From positions 73,346,001-73,410,000 of the forward strand of contig NC_043005.1 in assembly GCF_006345805.1 (NCBI RefSeq): a stretch of 64,000 nucleotides of DNA. Direction: 5' to 3'. Origin of the DNA: Octopus sinensis (lineage: Eukaryota). Under the pieces are notes generated by a model, which saw only the letters and a list, made by a program, of their open reading frames with translations, was not told where the DNA came from and made no database searches. A program made the translations under genes and the position numbers. Numbering within the stretch: position 1 is the stretch's first letter; every line of letters starts with the position of its first letter. Shown in pieces: positions 39,615 to 49,170 of this stretch.

Positions 39615-40260
39615 TCTCTCTCCCCGAACCCGCCCTGTAGTCTCCCGCCTCCCTTTTCCCCTCACTTACCACCCCACGACCCTACCTCTCCAACGCACCA
39701 TTCTTCGAGCTTTCCGTCATCTCCAATCTGACCCGTCCACTTCACACCTCTTCCCTAACCAACCCCTCCCCTCTTTCAAACGAGCCCCCAACCTTCGAGA
39801 CCTTTTGGTCCATAGCTCCTTCCCTGACCCTACCTCCCAACCCGGCTCGTTCCCCTGCTCCCGCCCACGTTGCCGCACTTGCCCTTACCTCTCCAACACC
39901 ACCCTCCTCACTAGCACCCATCATCGACCCTATCCCATCATCCACTCCTTCACCTGCACCTCCAGCAATATTATCTATTGCGTCTCTTGCTCTCTCTGCC
40001 ATTCCTTGTACATCGGAGAAACGGGACGCCGCTTGGCTGACCGGTTCGCGGAACACCTTCGTGACATCCACCTTGCGAACGACACACCGGTCTCACGCCA
40101 TTTCCGCTCCACCGGTCACTCCTTGCAACACCTATCTGTGTTCGGTTTGTCCTCACACAGAGGCCATCCGGATTCCCGTTTGCGCCGTGAACAGGAATTA
40201 ATCTTCTCTCTTCGCTCTTATACGCCATTTAGTCTCAACTCTCCCCCCCTCCTCATCTAA
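39615..40260 (+). CDS. PLE ORF C-terminus: Cys-rich linker plus GIY-YIG endonuclease (truncated)
   Basis: PLTYHP...FKRAPNLRDLLVHS...CSRPRCRTC...NIIYCVSCSLCHSLYIGETGRRLADRFAEHLRDI...RHF. The upstream part of ORF 39403..40260 is microsatellite. Confidence 0.88.
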
Positions 40261-40931
40261 CCCCCTCTCCCCTCCTCACCTACCTTCCCCCCCCCCGACA
40301 CCTACTTCTTCAGTCCTTCATCCTTTCACCCCTACTCCCCTTCCCTTATTCCCTCTTTCTCCCTCCCTCCTTCCCTCTTCCCCTTCCCTCTGCTCCCTCA
40401 CTCCCCTTCTCTCTCGCCCTCTCCTTCTTTCCTCCTTCCTCCTCCCCTCCTCCTCCCCTTCCTTCTCCCCTCCTCTCTATCCCCCTCCTCTCCCCCCCTC
40501 TTCTCCTCTCTCCACACTACACCACACGACTTTACACATCACATCATATATGATGTGCCATACTAATACATACTAATACATACACCAACCCTATACATAC
40601 ACACGTCCAGACCTCTCATACGCACTTATACTCTCTCATACACACACACACACACCCTTATACATACTAATACATACTAATACATACACCAACCCTATAC
40701 ATACACACGTCCAGACCTATCATACGCACTAATACTCTCTCATACACACACCCTTATGTTGGAGCTGGTCATTCAACCCTATTATCAACCCTATTATCTC
40801 CCCTAATTTTGCTCTCGCGTCTCATGTTTGATCTTTGACCTCTGGCCGAAATCAGATCGCCATGTTGATTCGTTAGTTACTGCACGCATTTTTTTCTCTC
40901 CTTCTTTCTGTGTTTTTTTTCTCTCTGTGTA

Positions 40932-40969
40932 TCTTTCTGTTGAAGAGCGTAGGCTCGAAACGTTAAAGA
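40932..40969 (+). ncRNA. Minimal type I hammerhead-like motif, variant core
   Basis: TCTTT-CTGTTGA-A-GAGC(GTAG)GCTC-GAAA-CG-TT-AAAGA, with palindromic ACGT as stem III. Confidence 0.65.
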
Positions 40970-41066
40970 CTTGTTTTATTTATATTTACTGAGCGCCATA
41001 CTAATACAATTGTTTGTTTGTTTTCCACCTGCCTTCGTCTTTTGTCTATTTTCATAAGCTTCCCGT

Positions 41067-41145
<79 letters not shown>

Positions 41146-41149
41146 AAAA

Positions 41150-41640
41150 GCTGTCATAGCCGGGAGTGGTAGCAGGGATAAGATCCCACTGCCTACAAAG
41201 TGCTCCTACGACGTGCGTCTCAAATAGCCTCTGAAAGTCAAGTCCAACTCCTGGCCTTCCCGCGGCGAAACTGTTCCCACTGACAGGAGAAGGGGCAAAG
41301 GCGAGTCACTGGCGCCTTAAAACCAGTTGCTTTGGGTAGTTGGGACTCGATAGGCTTGACTGGCAGCCCAACTAGGAGAGGGAAACTCCGACTTCAAATC
41401 TCTGCTGCCTTGCGGCAAGACCCCCTAATGGGGGAAGGCTAAGGGAGTAACCCCTGACAGAAAATCTGGAGCTGGAGTCCCTAAGGCGGCCTGACACAAC
41501 ACGTCGTCATCGGCAACTCCTGCGACGCATCTGGTACCAAGCTGTATCCCGTCGTTCCTTTGGAGCTACCAGCTGTGTGGAGAGGGGGGTCAAACTGCAT
41601 GGGCAACAGCTGACCCTCATACAAACCTGCTTAGGTCTTG
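41150..41640 (+). mobile_element. RTE-clade LINE 5' UTR fragment (putative)
   Basis: GGAGAGGGAAACTCCGACTTCAAATCTCTGCTGCCTTGCGGC...GGAGTAACCCCTGA...GGCAACTCCTGCGACG recalls Expander/RTE 5' UTRs. No ORF follows. Confidence 0.6.
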
Positions 41641-41937
41641 TAGCTCAACAGGAAAAGGTGATTGGTCAGCACAGCCACACCAGGAAGTGCAGATAGACCC
41701 ACCAACTTTTCCGAGCTATACCATCGTCTCTCGAGACGGACGGATGACGACGATATATATATGTGTGTGTGTGTGTGTGCGTGCGTATGTGTATATATAA
41801 ACACATATACATATATGTATATATACATGTGCATATAGATATATACATATATGTGTGCGTGTATGTAAGTGTGCAGGTTGTCGAGCGGTAGTATGGAACA
41901 CAGTCACAAGTATACGCACAGACATACGCAAACACAC

Positions 41938-42105
41938 AATCATATGACAGGTTTCCTTTTGGTATCCATCTACCAAATCCTCTCGCAAGGCGTTGGTCAT
42001 CCCATGGCCATAGGAGAAGACACTTGCGCAAGGATACACGGAGTGGGACTGAACCTGGAACCATATGGTTGGAAAGCAAACTTTTTATTACATAGTCATA
42101 CAAGT
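41938..42105 (-). mobile_element. OK-like SINE 5' half
   Basis: GTGGGACTGAACCTGGAACCATATGGTTGG, as in other minus-strand copies. Confidence 0.75.
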
Positions 42106-42850
42106 GGAGAAAATCGAGGAGAGAATGATCCAAATTTCCTTTTTCCCTGACCATTGAAAAAAAAGTAAAAGCAAAATTATAATCAAGTATTTTCTAGAAA
42201 AGTTATGAGGAAACAAATTTGGTGGGGCACTAAACTGATTATATACAACACAGACATATTCATATATGCGTTTCCGTGTCTCTGAGTAAGAGTGTGTATG
42301 TGGGGCAGGCGAAATCAGTAATATATATATAAAAAATACTTCAATTTTTATAAAGATCCGAGGATTCCACACGAGTGTCACTAATACCTGTAATCATTAA
42401 GATTAATGAAATTTACTTAATTATCGTTTTACAGAATATTTTACAAATAATGAAACAGCACACTTGAGAAATTCTGTAGACATTCTAGGATTGTATAATG
42501 CTTCTACGCGGTCCTTGTGTTCCACTTAGGCAGCCGACTAAAGGAAGAGAAGGAATGAGTGTAACTATGACGTAACCTTAAGCGCAGACGATATATTGTT
42601 ATAGCATGAAATATATTTTCAGTGTCGAATTCTGAAGAAGTAGCAAAACATAACGCCCAGTTTACAGTGTATCCATCTTTCAAAATATGTTTTCCTTCTC
42701 ATTTAAAAGGAATTCCTTTTGTATTAACAATTCGAAATACTAAGCAGTTTATATGTCATCTCTAAACAAGCACATCTTATTTATAATGCTTGGATCATAT
42801 CAAGTGAAACGAATCTAACTCAAATTTATGTGCAATTCTCTTTTTTAATT

Positions 42851-43028
42851 GGTTGTAAACTGTCAATCTAACAAGAACGTGACAGTAGGGGGTACACCAC
42901 CGCTGTATAGCCCGGACACAGGGAAAAATGTGTCAAAGCCATCAGGAGGCGTTCGATGCTTCCTAGGGCTATACAGCGGTGGTGTACCCCCTACTGTCAC
43001 GTTCTTGTTAGATTGACAGTATACAACC
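42851..43028. repeat. Near-perfect hairpin (63-bp arms, 52-nt loop), MITE-like
   Basis: 42851-42913 pairs with 42966-43028 with one mismatch. Confidence 0.92.
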
Positions 43029-43197
43029 ATTCTATCGCCCCACCACCGTACATGTCTCTACGAGAGATTTAGAAATTCAATATTTCTTCTTTTTTAATTG
43101 ATTAATGGAAATAAATTATAGTAGCAACTAAGTAAGAAAAGCAACGGAAATTGACGTAGTCAAAGAGAACTTGATAAAAGTTGAGTTAAAATTATTG

Positions 43198-43564
43198 TAT
43201 ACTCTTTTACTGTTTTACTGCCTTCAGTCATTTGACTGCGGCCATGCTGGAGCACCGCCTTTAGTCGAACAAATCGACCCCATGACTTATTCTTTGTGAG
43301 CCTAATACTTATTCTATCGGTCTCTTTTGCCGAACCGCTAAGTCACGGGGATGGAAGCACACCAGCATCTGTTCTCAAGCGATGTTGGGGGGACAAACAC
43401 ACACACACATATATACATACATACATATATATATATAAGATATATATATATATATATATATATATGACGGGCTTCTTTCAGTTTCCCTCGACCAAATCCA
43501 CTCACAAGGCTTTGCCCAAGGTGCCACGCAGTGGGACAAGCGAGCTACTTACCACACAGCCACT
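43198..43564 (-). mobile_element. OK-like SINE with internal deletion
   Basis: Collinear with 7291-7708. Confidence 0.88.
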
Positions 43565-43582
43565 CTTGTGTCTATAAAAGTG

Positions 43583-43676
43583 TGCCCCAGGTGAGGAACG
43601 TACTAATGACCTTCAGATTTCTCTGAGTACGTATTTGATTATGAGACTGACGCGCTGCCTACTGCGCTACTGAGGC
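43583..43676 (-). tRNA. Intron-containing elongator tRNA-Met(CAT), T-arm degenerate (probable pseudogene)
   Basis: GCCTCAG-TA-GCGC-AGTAGGCA-GCGC-G-TCAGT-CTCATA-[21 nt]-ATCTGA-AGGTC-ATTAG-TACGTTC-CTCAC-CTGGGGC-A. The acceptor and D stems pair fully, the anticodon stem has the eMet-type T31/T39 pair, and TTTT follows 3 nt downstream. Confidence 0.82.
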
Positions 43677-44020
43677 CATCATACCGGGGCCACCATATGT
43701 CTTATTACCTGATATTACTCATGCGCATAAAAGTTTACTTTCAAACATACCTGTCTAGTACATACGTGAAAGTATACACACACGCATGTTCATATATATA
43801 TAAACAGATAGATAGATAGATAGATAGATAAGTTTCTTTATTGGCCACACAGGGCTGCACACAGATGGGACAAGTTACAAGGTAGAGCTTTTCTTTTGGG
43901 GGATGAAAAAAACAAAAAACAAAAGAAACAAAAAAAGGGGGTGGCGTAGGTTTTCGATCAAGAGGGATCGTAAAAGGGAAGAAAAGAACAAAAAAAATAA
44001 ATAAATAAAATTTTAGAAAT

Positions 44021-44130
<110 letters not shown>

Positions 44131-44186
44131 GTTTTATTGCTGTAGAATTTGACTTTTTACCAAGCGTAGGTAATAAAAAACAAATA

Positions 44187-44435
44187 TTGGGTTGGTGCAT
44201 AATTATTGCGGCTTTTTGTCGACAAATTTTATTCAACAAAAACCAATAACATGTAACAAAAACTTCTTTAAATGATTATTCCGAAGCATATTCACCATTT
44301 ACTTCAACTACTGCTTTCCCATTTGCTTGGCAGATGGTCAGCCCGTCATTTCAAGATGTTTTTGTAAAATATTGTTATTGTTTTGTTTAATAAAATTTGT
44401 TGTAGAAAAGCCGCAATAGCTATGCACCAACGCAA
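44187..44435. mobile_element. Mariner-derived MITE (Hsmar1/MADE1-like TIRs)
   Basis: TTGGGTTGGTGCATAATTATTGCGGCTTTT / AAAAGCCGCAATAGCTATGCACCAACGCAA with TA TSD. Confidence 0.85.
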
Positions 44436-45041
44436 TATTTCTTCTCAAGTACCTCAGGAACATTCTGGATGTCTTGTATATACGGAGAAACAAGGTTTGC
44501 CTTGTTTTAACATTTTGAGCATACTCTTACGTTTACGTTTGATTCAACTTGGGTGTCCGCCCATAAGACAAATAAGAACAAATAATAACAATACAATAAT
44601 GGGTGAACAGAAAACAAACTCAAGTAGAAAAAAAGTTAATTACTCAACAGGACATAAATATACGAAAGGAGGAAATGTTAATGACTTTCTAATGGGAAAC
44701 AGCGATAATAATTGAATAAAATTCCAAGGAAAACAACGACAACAATCCAAACATATACAAACAAGTTTCGCCATAGAAGGAAAACTGAAAATAACATTTT
44801 TTGTCTTTCACAAACACAGTCAGGATTATATATTAACCGAGAGAGAAAAAGCTGCTTTGTAGGATTTTGTGACGAAAAAGATAAAATAAGTACGAGTTCA
44901 ACTGTGGGATCGATGTAATCGACTTCTCCCTTCCCCTGAGCTTGATCGCCTCATGCCAAAATTTGAAATAATTTATTATCATTATTATTGTTGTTGCTGA
45001 TGTTGTTGTTATTATGACCATCATCATCATCATCATCATCA

Positions 45042-45103
<62 letters not shown>

Positions 45104-45597
45104 GCGCCCCCCTTCAGTCATGTATAACCATGGGATTGACCTAGAAGGTTACCCTCCAGGGCACAAGTCTCGGCAAGGTTGTTTAAGGAAGACCAGCAGT
45201 CGCTCATGCATACGTGCCTCCCTTCTCCACGCCACCGATGTTATCCAAGGGAAAGGCAAAGGCCGCTACAGCTAGGCACCAGTGATGTTGCAGCTGATTT
45301 ATTAAAGTGCAAGTGGTTGAGCACTCCAAAGGCAGGTGTACCCTTAACGTAGTTCTCGGGGAGATTCAGCGTGACACAAGTGTGACAAAGCTGGCCCTTT
45401 GAAATACAGGTACAACAGAAACAGGAAAATTGTGGTGAAAGAGTACAGCAGGGTTCACCACCACCACTTGCCAGAACCTCGTGGAGCTTTAGGTGTTTTC
45501 GCTCAATAAACACTCACAATGCCCAGTCCCGGAATCGAGACCGCGATCCTACGACCGCGAATCCGCTGCCCTAACCACTGGGCCATCGCGCCTCCAC
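45104..45597 (-). mobile_element. tRNA-derived SINE, third family, with (AAT)n tail
   Basis: Reverse-complement head GGCGCGATGGCCCAGTGGTTAGGGCAGCGG...GGTCTCGATTCC; 3' part shared with the SINE at 31062. Confidence 0.82.
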
Positions 45598-45667
45598 ATT
45601 ATTATTATTATTATTATTATATTATTATTATTATTATTATCATCATCATCATCATCATCATCATCAA

Positions 45668-45752
<85 letters not shown>

Positions 45753-45754
<2 letters not shown>

Positions 45755-45968
45755 GGCGAGGAGCTGGCAGAATTGTCAACAGGCTGGACGAAATGTTTAG
45801 CGGTATTTCGTCCGTCTTCATGTTCTGAGTTGAAATTCCGACGAGGTCGACTTTGCCTTTCATCCTTTCGGGTTCGATAAATTAAGTACGAGTGAAACAC
45901 AAGGGTCGATGTAATCGACTCGTCCCCTATCTCAAACTTTCGGGCTTTGTGCCTATAATAGAAAAGAT
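45753..45968 (+). mobile_element. OR-like SINE
   Basis: AAGGCGAGGAGCTGGCAGAATTG head, family body and tail. Confidence 0.85.
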
Positions 45969-46529
45969 TACTATTTTTATTTATTTATTTACAAGATGCA
46001 GATTGTACTGTAAGTCCCCAATCATTTGATAGAAAATAAATATTCTCATCTTGCTATTAGGTAAGTAAACGTTCCCATCACCACCGTTAGTTTTTTCCAT
46101 TTATTTACTCTCCGCATACTACATAACCGCCATATTATATATCAGCCATTATAAATGTTGCTACACTATCGTCCACCCGACATTTCTACACTTATGCTGC
46201 CTAGCTTTCGACGAAAATCTTTTTTCTCTCAAGTACGATTTATTTTTCTTTGCTTAGATTATTTTCATTTCTCATCGTGGTAGCAATGAAAAATATTGAG
46301 TTATTCATTAGGGATGACGCTTTTAGCAAGAACATTTTATAATTGGGATATTCCTCAAGGACAAGCCTGGTTATGATTAAACATACATTCTTCATTACAT
46401 AACAGATACTACAGCCGTATTACAGAATCTTGTCTCGTCTACAAAATGGTCGCTTTTAAATACACTGACCTGCATAGGGGAGAAGTGTTAAGCGAGTTGT
46501 TTCAGTGTCAGCAACAAGGGGAAGGCAGC

Positions 46530-46628
<99 letters not shown>

Positions 46629-46683
46629 CATATATATACACATATATATGCAATTATATAAATATATATATATGTATATATAC

Positions 46684-46738
<55 letters not shown>

Positions 46739-46763
46739 CATTTATATATATACTAATATATTC

Positions 46764-46990
46764 TGTTGTATCTGGGGAGAGTCATTCTCTTTTGGTAGTT
46801 TATAGTTTAACACACTCACCTGTAAAATTTCCCCTTATTTCTTTTCTATTCTTCTAAATTTTTTCGTTGAAGATGTTGCAAAACGCAATGAAAATTTTAG
46901 AAATATATAAAAGAAATAACTGGAAATTTTAGCGGTGAGAGTGTTAAATTATAAGGCACCAAAAGAGAATGACTCTCACCAGACACAACA
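46764..46990. mobile_element. Foldback MITE (about 100-bp imperfect arms)
   Basis: TGTTGTATCTGGGGAGAGTCATTCTCTTTTGGT / ACCAAAAGAGAATGACTCTCACCAGACACAACA, with pairing continuing inward. Confidence 0.8.
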
Positions 46991-47099
46991 AATTATGCTT
47001 CAACACACGAAGTCACATAAAAATCTTGCAAACTAAATCCAAAAACGAAAAATACATATATATGTATTAATGTATTTATGTATGTATGAATATATATGT

Positions 47100-47315
47100 G
47101 ATCTCTTAAGCACCACCAGCTCAAATATTGTCTCCTCTGTCTTCCCTCCTTGGGATATTTCCTTCTCCTTGTTTCCGACGAAGAGCTCCGCTCGAAACGT
47201 TAAACCCTCCTTCCCTTCTTTCCTGAGCGTCAATAATACTTTAATTGTTCCACGTCCTGCGTTGCTGTGTTTTTTTTCTCTTTTTTTCTGTGTTTTCTTG
47301 TTTGGATTAACAATA
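47100..47315 (+). mobile_element. Solo PLE terminal-repeat-like element with hammerhead-like motif
   Basis: Homologous to 61690-61915 (minus) and related to 40930-41050. Confidence 0.75.
47171..47205 (+). ncRNA. Minimal hammerhead-like motif, CCGACGA core variant
   Basis: GTTT-CCGACGA-A-GAGC(TCC)GCTC-GAAA-CG-TT-AAAC. Confidence 0.6.
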
Positions 47316-47397
47316 TATATGTATATATATGTATGCATATATATATATGTATACACACAGACACAGACACACACACACACATATATATATATTAAAC

Positions 47398-48215
47398 TTA
47401 CAGGATACACCGGTCCACAGGGAATTTCAATCCCAAACCTTAAGTCAGTGAGGGATCTGGGTATCGACATGAGTGATGATACCTCTTTCCAAGTGCACAT
47501 TGCCAGGATGGCGACAAAGTGCAGACGACTGGCTGGGTGAATCCTAAGAAGATTCAGAACCAGAGATAAGGAAACCATGATGGTCCTCTGGCGGACATTC
47601 GTCCTCAGCCGTCTAGATTACTGCTCACAGCTATGGTCACCCACCAGTGTAAAATTAACAGCGGCCTTGAAGCAATCCAGAGAAGATTCACAAAGAAGAT
47701 CGTCTCTTTGCAACAGCTCAGCTACTGGGAAAGGTTGAAACAGCTAAGACTCTACTCCCTGGAGAGAAGACGGGAGAGGTATGCAGTAATATATGTCTGG
47801 AAGATCCTGGAAGAAATTGTGACAAATTTTGGCATTGTAAGCTACACCAATGCTAGAACGGGACGAAACTGTTTAGTGCCAAAGATCCCAGCAATGCCAT
47901 CACGCTTCAGGACCAGCTTCTGCAACAGCCTGGGTTTCAAGGGCCCACAGCTTTTTAATATTCTCCCAAAGAGTCTGAGGAACTTGCACAAAGTAGATGT
48001 AGCGGTTTTTAAATCAAAGCTGGACATCTTCCCGTCGAGAGTCCCAGATGAACCTACCTCACGGCAAGAGGTGCAAATGAGAGTAGCTATATCAAACTCC
48101 ATTCTTCACCAAGTGCCACATATTAGACGAGGTTCTTCGCAATAACAGTGTAGCACAAAACGGCGGTGCATCAGCATGGCCGCAGTTCTGAGCTGAAACC
48201 AGAGAAAAGGAAAAA
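47398..48215 (+). mobile_element. 5'-truncated CR1-group LINE (RT C-terminus and 3' tail)
   Basis: VRDLGIDMSDD...VLSRLDYCSQLWSP...EAIQRRFTKKI...SYWERLKQLRLYSLERRRERY...GPQLFNILP...FKSKLD, with a stop and a frameshift. Confidence 0.92.
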
Positions 48216-48284
48216 TATGATAGAAATATTACATTTCTAAATGTAATATCTCAGAGAGATATAAGCAGTGGTGGCACGATAGAG

Positions 48285-48381
48285 CAGTTGTATACTGCCA
48301 ATTTAACGTGACAGTCCCATAAATAGCGGTGGTGTGATTGCCTTTATGGGACTGTCACGTTAAATTGACAGTATACAACTG
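48285..48381. repeat. Near-perfect hairpin (39-bp arms, 19-nt loop), related to 42851-43028
   Basis: CAGTTGTATACTGCCAATTTAACGTGACAGTCCCATAAA / TTTATGGGACTGTCACGTTAAATTGACAGTATACAACTG, one mismatch. Confidence 0.92.
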
Positions 48382-48403
48382 ATATATATATACATATATA
48401 TAT

Positions 48404-48915
48404 ATAATGTAAAGTATAGAAGCCATCTTATCATGACTAACCACACTGGGGAGAGGGTGTTACTGTAGCTTTATAGCCCCAAGAGATCTTCGTCTCTAGC
48501 TGGCTTTAGACACAATATCTGTGTTCTTGGAGTATTTGCAAAGGGAGGCCATCCCTTCCTCGCAAGCCTGAGTGATACGCTCGAACTAGTTTCGGGATTG
48601 TTGTCCCTCGTCAACAGGTGGTAACCACCAGGTAGCGATGAAAGTGAAGGCTCCTTTGCAAATATATATAAGTTTTTCTAATGGCGTCTGCCACTGATCT
48701 CTTGGGGCTATAAAGCTACAGTAACACCCCCTCCCCAATGTGGTTAGCCATGATAAGATGGCTTCTATACTTTACATTATCGAGCGATTACTGTTTCAAT
48801 CTCATTCTGAGATTTAATTATGCTTATTGTTTGTTTTTCGACATCAGTGGCAGACGCCATTAGAAAAACTTATATATATTTGCAAAGGAGCCTTCACTTT
48901 CATCGCTACCTGGTG
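48404..48915. mobile_element. Non-coding PLE-style repeat X: inverted copy (48404-48698), direct 3' fragment (48696-48826) and 5' part of the interrupted copy (48843-48915)
   Basis: Internal homologies with each other and with 60028-60313 are directly visible; (TA)n at both outer borders. Confidence 0.85.
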
Positions 48916-49170
48916 TTTTTTTGAATTTTTCCTCGGCGTATACCAATATTTTTCTGTTGCTGCAAATCGTTGTGTGAGTTCGTTTCCGTTTGTCTACTCT
49001 GTCGTGTTACAAGTAATATCATTGTTGAACTGTTTTTGACCCAGTAATTTTCGCCCTTCGGGGTAGAAAATTTCTGTGTGCTGTTTTGTGTAAACTCTTA
49101 ACCTGTATAGGTTATTTTTGGAAAAAAAAAAAATTCTCTTGTCATTTGTGACAAGTTTGTGTTGTCTAAT

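Larger units (their letters stand above)
39615..41070 (+). mobile_element. 5'-truncated Penelope-like element (Neptune-type): GIY-YIG end, 3' UTR and terminal repeat with hammerhead motif
   Basis: GIY-YIG ORF, pyrimidine-rich UTR with a ~104-bp tandem duplication (40559-40757), and a hammerhead-like motif at 40932-40969. Confidence 0.88.

Noticed and set aside
42562-42586. GTAACTATGAC...CTTAAG resembling the 28S rRNA R2 target region
   Set aside because: Only an 11-bp match plus a hexamer, with no flanking rRNA similarity.
45520-45597. tRNA gene from the tRNA-like heads at 45520-45597 and 31062-31135
   Set aside because: The acceptor stems do not close and both run into SINE bodies, so they are SINE heads.
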